Below, piece by piece: positions 47,754 to 56,524 of a stretch of 64,000 bases of DNA; the first letter of the stretch is position 1; each line of letters opens with the position of its first letter. The stretch is from an uncultured Pseudobdellovibrionaceae bacterium (GTDB lineage Bacteria > Bdellovibrionota > FAC87 > UBA2466), in the NCBI GenBank assembly GCA_964611895.1, contig CAZTDN010000019.1, positions 577 through 64,576 on the forward strand, in the 5' to 3' direction. A program made the position numbers and the translations under genes. Below the pieces are notes generated by a model. The model worked only from the letters and a program-made list of their open reading frames with translations, made no database searches and was not told where the DNA came from.

Positions 47754-48656
47754 ATGCCTCGCTACCTTGTGACCGGCGCCGCGGGTTTTATCGGCTCCAA
47801 TCTCGCCCTCCACCTCGAAGCTCTGGGGCATGAAGTGGTGGCTCTGGACTCTTTGAAAACCGGTAGCTCGGATAACTTGCGGGGGTTTCGCGGGCGGTTT
47901 CTTCGGGCAGATCTTACGCAGATTTCGATGGTCGAAGGGCAGTGGGACGGTGTTTTTCACCAGGGCGATATTACCGATCCCCGTCATCCCGATGATGCTC
48001 AAGTGCTCCGGTGCAATCGGTTAGGTTTTGAAGCCGTGCTGAATACCGCGAAGCAGAGTGGCTGCCGCTTGGTTTACGCCTCTACGGCAGGACTTTATGG
48101 CAATGGCCCAGTGCCGATGCGTGAAGATCAGCCGCAGCAGTTGATCACTGCCTATGGCCGTTCCAAATCCGAGATGGATGTGTTGGGACAGCAAAGTGCC
48201 ACCGCACATACGCCGGTGGTGGGATTGCGGTATTTCAATGTGTATGGCCCGAGGGAGGCGGCCAAGGGACGAGCCGCATCCATGGTATGGCATTTGTTTC
48301 GTCAGATGCAAAGCGGTGAAGCTCCTCGATTGTTCGAGTGGGGGGAACAGGTACGAGATTTTGTTTATGTCAAAGATGTAGTGACCGCAAACATGTGCGC
48401 GTTGCGAGCTCCTAGCGGAGTTTACAATGTCGGCACAGGTTTGGGATCGACGTTCAACCAGCTAGTAGAGGCGTTGAATTTGGCACTGAAAACAGACTTT
48501 CAGGCCCAGTACTTTCCCATGCCCTACGACCCGCATTCCTACCAAGGAAATACCGTCGCAGACACTCGCAAGGCGGAGTCGGTGCTCGGGTTTAAGGCGA
48601 GCTGGGATTTGGTCCGTGGCGTGGGGGACTACGTGGAGTGGCTGAAGCAGCAATGA
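47754..48656 (+). CDS. hldD: ADP-L-glycero-D-manno-heptose 6-epimerase
   Basis: Rossmann GAAGFIGSN. Long identity-like stretch to HldD: YASTAGLYG..., GLRYFNVYGPRE..KG.AS, GE.PRLFE...RDFVYVKDV. 300 aa from internal ATG 47754. Confidence 0.85.
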   Translation: MPRYLVTGAAGFIGSNLALHLEALGHEVVALDSLKTGSSDNLRGFRGRFLRADLTQISMVEGQWDGVFHQGDITDPRHPDDAQVLRCNRLGFEAVLNTAKQSGCRLVYASTAGLYGNGPVPMREDQPQQLITAYGRSKSEMDVLGQQSATAHTPVVGLRYFNVYGPREAAKGRAASMVWHLFRQMQSGEAPRLFEWGEQVRDFVYVKDVVTANMCALRAPSGVYNVGTGLGSTFNQLVEALNLALKTDFQAQYFPMPYDPHSYQGNTVADTRKAESVLGFKASWDLVRGVGDYVEWLKQQ

Positions 48657-49177
48657 AAAAGCTATTGGCGATGGCGGTAGTTTGCCTTGGGGCATTTGCC
48701 TGGGCGTTTCCTTCTATTCACGGGGAGGATCTTGTTTCTGGAAAAAACGTCGATTGGAAGTCGGGCGAAAAGGTCTCGGTGCTGGTGTTTCTGTCAGATC
48801 ACTGCCCTTGTTCGATTGCGCATCAGCCGGCGCTCGAAAAATTGGCTAAAGAATATGGTGAATTTTCGTTTCTTGGGATCGTATCGAATGCGCACGATTT
48901 GCGTGCGGCGCGATCGCATTTTAGCAAAACCAAACTGCCTTTTCCGGTGATTGCGGAGCCGGGGCATGATTGGGCAGATGCTCTGGGGGCGTTGAACACT
49001 CCCCACGTGTTTGTGGTTCGGGGAGACGCGGTTTTGTACCGCGGGTCTATCGACAATTCTCGAGACGCCGTCACGGCGGATCAGCACTTTTTATCAGCAG
49101 CTTTGGAAGACTTGCGTCAGGGGCGCGCCATTCGAGTGAATGAGTCGCGGCCTTTGGGCTGTGCCATCAGAAGGTGA
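48653..49177 (+). CDS. secreted thioredoxin-fold protein (redoxin/AhpC-TSA-like) with CPC motif
   Basis: Signal peptide MKKLLAMAVVCLGAFAWA. VLVFLSDHCPCS at the position of the redoxin active site. ATG overlaps the hldD stop. Confidence 0.45.
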   Translation: MKKLLAMAVVCLGAFAWAFPSIHGEDLVSGKNVDWKSGEKVSVLVFLSDHCPCSIAHQPALEKLAKEYGEFSFLGIVSNAHDLRAARSHFSKTKLPFPVIAEPGHDWADALGALNTPHVFVVRGDAVLYRGSIDNSRDAVTADQHFLSAALEDLRQGRAIRVNESRPLGCAIRR

Positions 49178-49632
49178 GGTCGATCATGAAGGGGTGTCTT
49201 AAAGCGAAGGGTTTTGTTCTTTTTGCGATTGCTTGTGGATTGGCGTCCTGTGGGAGGGAACCCGTAGAGGTGTTCGATTCCGTCGATAGAGTGGCTGCCA
49301 GTTGCGATTTGGAGTTCCCCAAAGCCGGGCTTTGTGCCGAAGTGAAATGGACCAAACCACCCACTGCTGACGAGCCCAATGGTTTTACGGTGCGTTTTTG
49401 GGAAAAAGCTAAAGGTTCACCCACAGGGCCTTTTGTGGAGCCAGCAAGCGCGCCGAGTTCTTTTCTCATCATGACTTGCTGCAAGACGCCCACGCGTTGC
49501 CCTCTGAAAAAGTCTCGTGCAGGGGAGTACGAAGCTTCGGGAATTACACTCGCGTCGGGGAAGAAATATTGGCAGTACGTCGTGGTGGGCTCCGAAAAAG
49601 TGAAGCTCGCTGGGGAAGTGAGCGTGAAGTGA
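49174..49632 (+). CDS. hypothetical lipoprotein
   Basis: Lipobox LASCG after a hydrophobic leader. No known domain. Confidence 0.45.
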   Translation: MRSIMKGCLKAKGFVLFAIACGLASCGREPVEVFDSVDRVAASCDLEFPKAGLCAEVKWTKPPTADEPNGFTVRFWEKAKGSPTGPFVEPASAPSSFLIMTCCKTPTRCPLKKSRAGEYEASGITLASGKKYWQYVVVGSEKVKLAGEVSVK

Positions 49633-50543
49633 AGCCGCGGGGGTTTGTTGTCGCTCTGCTACTGGGGGCTGCGGCGCGGTTTACTTGGGCCGCTGCTTGT
49701 TGTGGGGGGAACAACCTGGTCCCTTCTTTGATTTCTGGAGATCAGCGCACTCAAGTCACGGCGACCACCGCCTATTCCCGCGTTTTGGGTGAGGTCCCCA
49801 TCGAGGGAGCCACGCAGTGGCGTGACGAGGCAGACGTGGAGTCGCGGTCGTCCATGCGCCTGGATGCGGCGACACTTCTCTCGGATCGGTGGCAGGTGGG
49901 ATTGAGCCTGCCGGTAGTGCGGCGTTTTCGTGAACGCAATGGCGTGCAGGCACAAGCGATGGGAGTCGGCGATGTGGCGGTCCACCTTGGCTATGAAGTG
50001 TTGCCCCAGTGGACTTATTCGCCGTGGAAACCGAAGGGATGGCTGTTTGCTAGTTTGACGGCACCCACCGGCGTGGCTCCGGAAAATTCAACCGCCCTGT
50101 ATCAGATTGACTCCCTGGGACGCGGGTACTGGAATGTTGCTCTGGGCGGGATGCTTTTGAAAACCTGGGCCGACTGGGACGTTTTGTTTCTGGCGCAGGT
50201 GAATCAATCCTTTGCCAAGATCCTTACCAGCGATGCAGGCGACTTTATCCTTCGCCCTGGACTGGGCGGTTCTGCGGCTCTGGGCATTGGATGGAGCCGG
50301 GATGCTTTGCGCATTGGAGTGAACGGGAGTGTATTGTATGAAGGTGCTGTCGCTACCCAAGGTTTGGTAGATGAAGTGGGAACACGCCAGATTTCATTTC
50401 CGCTGAGTTTGCAGGTTTCCTATTTGATCTCTGACGCGTGGTCGTTGGGCGCTTTGTATTCGGACAACGGCTGGTTTGGTCCACAAAACGTGACTCTGAA
50501 TCAGTCGATTAGTTTGGTGGTGCAGACGCGTTGGGATCGGTAG
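49629..50543 (+). CDS. hypothetical secreted/outer-membrane protein
   Basis: GTG start overlapping the upstream stop. Signal peptide VKPRGFVVALLLGAAARFTWAAA. Alternating amphipathic beta-like C-half. Confidence 0.4.
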   Translation: MKPRGFVVALLLGAAARFTWAAACCGGNNLVPSLISGDQRTQVTATTAYSRVLGEVPIEGATQWRDEADVESRSSMRLDAATLLSDRWQVGLSLPVVRRFRERNGVQAQAMGVGDVAVHLGYEVLPQWTYSPWKPKGWLFASLTAPTGVAPENSTALYQIDSLGRGYWNVALGGMLLKTWADWDVLFLAQVNQSFAKILTSDAGDFILRPGLGGSAALGIGWSRDALRIGVNGSVLYEGAVATQGLVDEVGTRQISFPLSLQVSYLISDAWSLGALYSDNGWFGPQNVTLNQSISLVVQTRWDR

Positions 50544-51363
50544 GGGGCTGAGGCAGCGCGGAACGTTTAGGCGGTTTGGTCAGGCCTTTGAGACCCGTCA
50601 TCAGGAAAAAGTACTCTATGGAATCCCTAGCAATCCAGGTGGCTCCCATCCGATTCAAATGGGTTTGATTTGCTTCGGGGTGCAGCCGGTAATAGGTAAT
50701 GAGCGCGCCATCAGAACGGCGCACTATCGCTAGTTCACCGGTGTGGGGATTGAGTTTGTAATCCAAGACGGTTTCCGCCCCGGCATTGGCTCCGTCTTTT
50801 GCGGGCCGAGTCACCACGATGCACGCGGGGTCACTGTTCGAGGAAAACGCGACAGCTGCTTTTTCATAAGCCGCCAGAGCCTCTTCTAGAAGCGCGCTTT
50901 TTTCGGCGATGGTTTTGGCGTTGGCCATGGCTTTGCGGAACGGGATTTCGATTTCTGGGTAGTCGCCCCCCGACCCGGGGAGGTGGGCGAGTAGTTCTGC
51001 GGTGTACTTTTTTGTACCTTTACGGTGCTCGATTTGGGCCACTCCCAACACGTGCTTGATAAAGTGTTGAATCCGAGTGAGTTCTGAAAAACCATCGGTG
51101 GGGATCTGCTTAGAGCGGGGCATTCCGGGGACGGACCCGTTGCCCATTGGAATCGGTCTGCTGAGATTTTCCAGTATGTCGCTCCAGGTGACTTGTTTGC
51201 CGGATTCTAAGTCTGCTGCAACGACGCGATCTAGGGGGACCGTGACCAGGGTGCGAGGGTTGGTCTTGGGGTTAAGCCAGCCAAACAAGCAATGGCTCCA
51301 GTCAAACATCGCGTGGGCTGGCGAGTAGATCAGAAATACGGCTAAAAACAGGGGCTTGCGCAT
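50509..51363 (-). CDS. hypothetical secreted protein
   Basis: Signal peptide MRKPLFLAVFLIYSPAHA from internal ATG 51363. Helical Ala/Glu-rich middle. No motif recognised. Confidence 0.4.
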   Translation of the reverse strand: MRKPLFLAVFLIYSPAHAMFDWSHCLFGWLNPKTNPRTLVTVPLDRVVAADLESGKQVTWSDILENLSRPIPMGNGSVPGMPRSKQIPTDGFSELTRIQHFIKHVLGVAQIEHRKGTKKYTAELLAHLPGSGGDYPEIEIPFRKAMANAKTIAEKSALLEEALAAYEKAAVAFSSNSDPACIVVTRPAKDGANAGAETVLDYKLNPHTGELAIVRRSDGALITYYRLHPEANQTHLNRMGATWIARDSIEYFFLMTGLKGLTKPPKRSALPQPPTDPNASAPPN

Positions 51364-51475
51364 ACGCTTTAGGCTCTCCGGCGGGGATTTGTCCATTATA
51401 GCGCAAATCACGGGGTTTCATTGATCCAGGCTTCGAAACCTGCTAAAAGTCCCTTCTTTTAGAGGGGTTATCAGA

Positions 51476-52828
51476 GTGAAATTGCGGCTGCTTGTTTTGT
51501 TTCAAATTGTCTGTGTCGCTTGGAACAGTTTTGCCGAGAAACCGATTGTCGATGGGCCAGCGACACGGGTGCATTTCCTGCTGGTGGCGGACATCGAGGC
51601 GACCAACATTGGAAAGAGCACCGTACGCGACGTCGAAAGATTTGAGTCCCTGATCCGAGGCTACTTTGAAGATGAAAACCATCCCGAGCGGCGCAGCCAG
51701 TTCACTCTGACCAAAATGGGGTTCAGCGGCACCGTTTCCCCCCAGGATGTGATTGCTTATTACAAAGCGGTACAAATGGTTTCTAGCGTGAACGAAGCCA
51801 TTGTTTTTTATTACTCGGGCCATGGCGATTCGAATGCGCGGGGTGGGCAAAACTTTACCATGAGTGGAGGGGTATTGCCTCGGCCCGACTTTCGATTGGC
51901 TCTGGAAGGTTTGGGGGTGAAATCGCTCATCATTTTATCGGATGCGTGTAGCCCCGAATCGCGAGAGACGTTGGCCCGAACCCAGCCAAAGTCGTTTACC
52001 GGAGACTATTTAAATCGAAAAGCACCGGCGATGGCCTTGAGTGAAGAACAGCAGTTTATTTTTCATGATCTCTTTGTGCGGGGACAGGGGACGGTAGATA
52101 TAAACTCTTCGAGTTATGGGGAATATTCCTGGTCGAGCGAAAATTTGGGTGGCCTGTTTACCAGGAGATTATTTGATCTGATTTTGAATAGTGAGCTGGA
52201 GAAGTTGGATTCGAATAGCGATGAGTTTCTTTCTTGGGAGGAGTTTTTCCCGAGGCTGAAAAGAGACGTGTCGGATTATTTTCAAACGATGAAAGAGTCT
52301 GCGCCGGATGATGCGCCGATCAAGGAGTCTAAAGCTCAGACTCCCTATGCATTTACCTATCCAAGCTACCGCGATTTAGCTGGTTCGGTAGCAGGCAGTC
52401 CTCTGCAACCGGGGGTCTTGCAGCTGGTTAGCTATTCGCAGGCCTATGACTACCGTGTTTCGGGGTTTACGGGGCATTTGGTCATGTTTCAGCTTGTGAC
52501 GAGTCAGCCGGTTGCCAAGATAGAAGCTTTGGATGTGGCGATCCGATTCCGTCAGCAGGACGGCACTTTTTTGCCTAGTACAGCCGTGTCGCCCGCTTTC
52601 AAAGCTGTAGATGGAACGGTGGCGGCTTACGCTACCATTGTGATACTGGGCAAAAACTTCAACCGGGGCACGTTTTTCGTTCCCAACCTGGCAATTTTTC
52701 CCAATCCATTGCCGAACGGGACCCAAGTCACGCTCACCCCCGTTCTGCAGATTTTCACTCGGGGGCCACTGCGCCTGATCGCGCAGCACGATTTGCGAGA
52801 CATCGTCTTTGTTCAAAATGATCCGTAG
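51476..52828 (+). CDS. secreted caspase-like (peptidase C14) protein with EF-hand-like Ca-binding loop and C-terminal beta-rich domain
   Basis: Signal peptide. Caspase His-Cys dyad in correct order and spacing (IVFYYSGHGDS...LIILSDACSPE). DSNSDEFLSWEE matches EF-hand loop positions 1, 3, 5, 12. Confidence 0.6.
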   Translation: MKLRLLVLFQIVCVAWNSFAEKPIVDGPATRVHFLLVADIEATNIGKSTVRDVERFESLIRGYFEDENHPERRSQFTLTKMGFSGTVSPQDVIAYYKAVQMVSSVNEAIVFYYSGHGDSNARGGQNFTMSGGVLPRPDFRLALEGLGVKSLIILSDACSPESRETLARTQPKSFTGDYLNRKAPAMALSEEQQFIFHDLFVRGQGTVDINSSSYGEYSWSSENLGGLFTRRLFDLILNSELEKLDSNSDEFLSWEEFFPRLKRDVSDYFQTMKESAPDDAPIKESKAQTPYAFTYPSYRDLAGSVAGSPLQPGVLQLVSYSQAYDYRVSGFTGHLVMFQLVTSQPVAKIEALDVAIRFRQQDGTFLPSTAVSPAFKAVDGTVAAYATIVILGKNFNRGTFFVPNLAIFPNPLPNGTQVTLTPVLQIFTRGPLRLIAQHDLRDIVFVQNDP

Positions 52829-52877
52829 ACGTGGCAAAGCGGCCTGTGGTAACCGTCTGACTTGATTCCGTTTATGG

Positions 52878-52953
52878 GCGGGCGTAGCTCAGTTGGTAGA
52901 GCATCAGCTTCCCAAGCTGAGGGCCGAGGGTTCGAACCCCTTCGCCCGCTCCA
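52878..52953 (+). tRNA. tRNA-Gly (anticodon CCC), 76 nt with encoded CCA
   Basis: Hand-folded cloverleaf. Acceptor GCGGGCG/CGCCCGC, D-arm GCTC-AGTTGGTA-GAGC, anticodon stem TCAGC/GCTGA with loop TTCCCAA, T-arm GAGGG-TTCGAAC-CCCTT, discriminator T, CCA. Confidence 0.9.
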
Positions 52954-53019
52954 AAGTCATTTGCCGTTCTTTAGAAACATGCTAATACCCCCCCCTCGCG
53001 AACTCACTGAGGGAAAGCC

Positions 53020-54279
53020 ATGCGAAATCTGTTCTTTGGTCTCATAACGACGGTGGTTTTGAGTAGCTGCAATACACGGCTAATTTTGCAGGGGGCCGGG
53101 GCGCCATCCTCAGGAGAGAGGTTGCCCGGCAAATACGCCCCCGCTACGCCCGATACAGAAGAAAATACAGATCCACTCAAGCTTGTTTCGATTTATATGT
53201 CGGGATGGTCGGCTTGCGGTCTAACTCCGGAAAAGCGGACCTACTGCTGGGGAGCGCGTCCTCCAGGGTGGCGAGACGCGGGCTACGATCTACCTCCTTA
53301 TGTCCTCGCAAGTGAGTGGCGATTTGAGTCCTTGGCCAGTACCGGCGATGCTGCTTGCGGCCTAGACATGAACGGCAAGGCCTTTTGCTGGGGAGAAAAC
53401 GAATTCGGAGCACTGGGAATTGGTAAGATAGGCAGAGAGTATAGCTCTCTCTCCCCCAAAGAAGTCAGTGGAGGGCTGCTTTTTTCGACGATAAAGGGAA
53501 GCGGCAGTCACTTTTGTGGGCTCACTCTAAATGACCAAACAGCCTACTGTTGGGGTGCTAACACTGACGGCCGCCTCGGTGTAGGCGATGAACTACCTCG
53601 TGGAACCCCCACCGCCGTCGCAGGAGGAATGCGTTTCAAAACCCTCGATGCTGGTACTTTTACTTGTGGAATAGCTTTTGATGATCGGCTTTATTGTTGG
53701 GGAAATACGGCCTACATTACTGTTCGATTTGGTTCGTTGGCTTCTGAGTATATAAGCAACGTTCCAATGTTGTTTGAAATGCCAGAGAGGCTAGTCTCTA
53801 TATCCGTGGGAAGTGCTAGCGCGTGTGGATTGACCGAGGAAGGTAAAGCCTATTGCTGGGGATATGGGGTGCACGGTCAACTCGGGTCAGGTATTAATGA
53901 CGTGACCAAGATTCCTCAGCCTGTAAGCGGGGGTTTGCGTTTCTCAGACATTCAACTCGGCAGCTATGCAAGCTGGGGCCTCACTTTGGACGGAAAAGTT
54001 TATCTCTGGGGAATGAATATACTCGGCGACCTCAACCCGGCCATGAGTGCGAATGAAATTACGAATGTACCTATTGAGGTTCCGACCGCGCTGCGGTTCT
54101 CTCGTATTTCGGGAGATGCAGCTGGAGTGTGCGGCCTTGAGAAGGACACCGGTTTGCTCTATTGCTGGGGCAATAGCTATGACTCAAAGCTATTTGTTAA
54201 GCAAGCAGCGGCACCTGGCAGTCAAGTAGGAACGCACGTTCCGACGCTGGTTCGCATTCGAAAAGAACTTTTGAATTAA
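53020..54279 (+). CDS. RCC1-repeat (beta-propeller) lipoprotein
   Basis: Lipobox VLSSCN. Six or more repeats of the CGLTxxGxxYCWGxNxxGxLG pattern (e.g. CGLTPEKRTYCWGA; CGLDMNGKAFCWGENEFGALGIG; CGLTLNDQTAYCWGANTDGRLGVGD; CGLTEEGKAYCWGYGVHGQLGSG). Confidence 0.7.
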   Translation: MRNLFFGLITTVVLSSCNTRLILQGAGAPSSGERLPGKYAPATPDTEENTDPLKLVSIYMSGWSACGLTPEKRTYCWGARPPGWRDAGYDLPPYVLASEWRFESLASTGDAACGLDMNGKAFCWGENEFGALGIGKIGREYSSLSPKEVSGGLLFSTIKGSGSHFCGLTLNDQTAYCWGANTDGRLGVGDELPRGTPTAVAGGMRFKTLDAGTFTCGIAFDDRLYCWGNTAYITVRFGSLASEYISNVPMLFEMPERLVSISVGSASACGLTEEGKAYCWGYGVHGQLGSGINDVTKIPQPVSGGLRFSDIQLGSYASWGLTLDGKVYLWGMNILGDLNPAMSANEITNVPIEVPTALRFSRISGDAAGVCGLEKDTGLLYCWGNSYDSKLFVKQAAAPGSQVGTHVPTLVRIRKELLN

Positions 54280-54295
54280 AGCCGCTCGCGATACC

Positions 54296-54775
54296 TCAAG
54301 CCGCTTTTTGAACGAGATCGATGACTTTGCCCTTGAGCGAAGCTTTCGCTTTTACAAATGCGTTAGCGATGTAGTCCAACTCCTCCTTGGTAAAGGCTTT
54401 TTTCATTTTGGGAAACATTTCCATCTCTTCTTCTTTTACATGATGCTCGACGATCTCTCTCAAGGTGGTAATTCGTGCGATAAACTCATGGGCCTCTGTG
54501 GGGGTTGCGTCGAGCTTGCTCAGTAAAAACTTGATCAATGAGTGTTCCTCCGTACCTTCGTAGCCAATTTCCAGAGTGCGTTCGGTGACCCTGAGGGAAG
54601 GGTAGAGTGCTTTTTCTTCTGCTTCGGCATGATGCGTGAGTTCGGTGCGGAGCGCATTGTAAAGGCGCTCTCGAGTCTGAGTAGACTTTTCAGTAGTTCT
54701 TTCTATCCGGGTGAAGAGCTCACCTACTTTTCTATGATCTGTTTTAATCAAATTGAAAATATTTTCATTCTTCAT
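54296..54775 (-). CDS. hemerythrin-like (HHE cation-binding) domain protein
   Basis: DHRKVGELF...HHAEAEEKALYP...EHH..EE..MFP pattern of His/Glu ligands of hemerythrin-like domains. 159 aa. Confidence 0.7.
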   Translation of the reverse strand: MKNENIFNLIKTDHRKVGELFTRIERTTEKSTQTRERLYNALRTELTHHAEAEEKALYPSLRVTERTLEIGYEGTEEHSLIKFLLSKLDATPTEAHEFIARITTLREIVEHHVKEEEMEMFPKMKKAFTKEELDYIANAFVKAKASLKGKVIDLVQKAA

Positions 54776-55025
54776 GGGGTTCTCCTTTTACCTACGAAAA
54801 AGTAGTACGAGCAAAACGACAACTAAGATCAAACTTGCGCTGGGGTAGTAACCGTATTGCCAGGCTGAGGAATAGGGCCACACGGGTAACAGGCCGATCA
54901 CTAATAGAACTAACAAAACCAGAAGTATTGTATGCACCCTGTCCCTCCTTTGTTATTCACCTCATAAGCAACTCGCGTGCCGACCACTCCTAGGCTTGAA
55001 GGCCTAGAATCTGTTGCGCATTGAA

Positions 55026-55715
55026 TCAGTGAGCTGCGTGAGGATAAGAGAAGCTGTGCGCATTTGGGCCCAGATCTAACAGGGTTTCCACTTCAAAGCG
55101 GAGTGTGGTTTGCTTTGGAAACTGGAACTCGGATCGGCGTAACCCGCGCTCGATCAGCAGCGTTTGGACGTTACGGTAGGGATGGTTCAACCAGGCAAGC
55201 CTCTTTTCCAGGCTCTGCGGCAAAAAAGTTTCAAAGTCAGCTTGAGGTTGAGTGGGCATTTCCGTTGCAGCGAATTGGAGCTCGTTTCGCACCGTACTGA
55301 ACGGGTACTCCTCTACTCGAGAGGATAAACCCGCCTCCACGGGATTGCGGAACACGTACTTATATGCGTGCGAGTAATAGATACCGTACGTGATCAGCGA
55401 CCAGTGGTACCTGGCTCCGAAAATCCGATTGATTCGTCCGGAAACGCGACCGATTTCCTTGCTTACTTCCCTGAGAAAGTAGTTCATGCACTCTCCCAAA
55501 TCCGCCTCGGGAGTCGATGCGATTAAGTGAAAGTGATTCGACATCAAGACAAAGGAGTGGATGTTCCAGCCGTAGCGATTGCGTACGATTTCGAGTATTT
55601 CTTTGAAGATTCTCCAAACGACATCGGTTGGTAAATAGAATGGCTCGCGGTTATTGCAGCGGGCAGTGACATGATAGGGAAACTGTTTTGTTCGATACAA
55701 GGGTTTTCTTGGCAT
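55026..55715 (-). CDS. REP-associated tyrosine transposase (RAYT) / IS200-like Y1 transposase family protein
   Basis: HuH motif SNHFHLIAS and catalytic-Tyr region YKYVFRNPVEAGL (Y..Y..NPV characteristic of RAYTs/COG1943). Flanked by REP-like palindromes. Confidence 0.75.
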   Translation of the reverse strand: MPRKPLYRTKQFPYHVTARCNNREPFYLPTDVVWRIFKEILEIVRNRYGWNIHSFVLMSNHFHLIASTPEADLGECMNYFLREVSKEIGRVSGRINRIFGARYHWSLITYGIYYSHAYKYVFRNPVEAGLSSRVEEYPFSTVRNELQFAATEMPTQPQADFETFLPQSLEKRLAWLNHPYRNVQTLLIERGLRRSEFQFPKQTTLRFEVETLLDLGPNAHSFSYPHAAH

Positions 55716-55752
55716 ATGCGGTCTTTAGCAGAAGCCATGCCAACTCGAGGTA

Positions 55753-55796
55753 GGTACGCGGTACCTTTTCAACAAAAGGTACCGCGTACCGGATTA
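55753..55796. repeat. REP-like perfect hairpin (17-bp arms GGTACGCGGTACCTTTT / AAAAGGTACCGCGTACC, 4-nt loop) followed by CGGAT
   Basis: Read directly: ggtacgcggtacctttt caac aaaaggtaccgcgtacc at 55753-55790, 38 nt upstream of the RAYT start codon. Confidence 0.65.
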
Positions 55797-56216
55797 AAAG
55801 GATGCTCGGCAGGCGTTGAATAGCCGATCGTCTACTAGGTACTGTGTTTTGTAATAGGCCGCCCAATACTGGTTTAGGTTGGCCAGGTAGTTTTTGTAGC
55901 TGGCGTCCTTACGCTGTTTCAGCGGGGCGATCTGGCAGTCGAGCTTTGCCCATCCGGTAGCAAAGTTTTGATAAATCGCATTGCTCGTAATCCAGAGCTC
56001 TAGGTATCGGCCTTGGTCGGCTGGCTGAAAAACATGGATGCCTTCACTAAATTGATAAACAGCCAGGTATTGAGTCGAGTCGCCATGCACTTGTAACGGA
56101 ATAGCGATGTGTGAACCGTCGACATAGTAGGTGAGTCCATTGAGGGTTGCCGGCGCCCACTGGGCCGAAGCAAGGGTGGTCAAGGCGGCAAAAGCCAAAG
56201 TGAAAAGTCTTTTCAT
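55794..56216 (-). CDS. small secreted protein bracketed by REP elements
   Basis: Signal peptide MKRLFTLAFAALTTLASA from internal ATG 56216. ~140 aa, Tyr/Trp-rich. No homology recognised. Confidence 0.45.
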   Translation of the reverse strand: MKRLFTLAFAALTTLASAQWAPATLNGLTYYVDGSHIAIPLQVHGDSTQYLAVYQFSEGIHVFQPADQGRYLELWITSNAIYQNFATGWAKLDCQIAPLKQRKDASYKNYLANLNQYWAAYYKTQYLVDDRLFNACRASF

Positions 56217-56372
56217 TTTCGTTTCTCCTGGTGAATAAATCGGTGGGTTGCCACCGCGGTACACCGGCACCTTGTGCAACGTCGATGCCAAGTCTCAAGG
56301 GCAGAAAGCGCAGCCAAAACCCCGGAGAATCCTTAGTTTTGTATCAAAGCTGAGATAGTCGTTCTCAAAAAA

Positions 56373-56445
56373 GGTACGCGCTACCTTTTCAAGAAAGGTA
56401 CGCGCTACCTTTTTCACGAAAGTAACCGCGTACCGGATAACGCGG
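56373..56445. repeat. REP-like cluster: two direct copies of AAAGGTACGCGCTACCTTTT plus an inverted partial copy GTAACCGCGTACCGGATAACGCGG
   Basis: 56373-56389 and 56397-56414 are near-identical units (each a small hairpin). 56422-56445 shares GCGTACCGGAT with the 55778-55796 copy. Confidence 0.55.
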
Positions 56446-56524
56446 AGCGGTCGAGTTAAGCGTCGGAAATGCCGATGTTTTAGAGCTGGGGTTCTCCCCC
56501 ACTTTAAAACGCTGAGGAGATTTC

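Noticed and set aside
52862-53047. 61-aa + strand ORF MIPFMGGRSSVGRASASQAEGRGFEPLRP...
   Set aside because: It is a translation through the tRNA-Gly gene (52878-52953), a classic false ORF.
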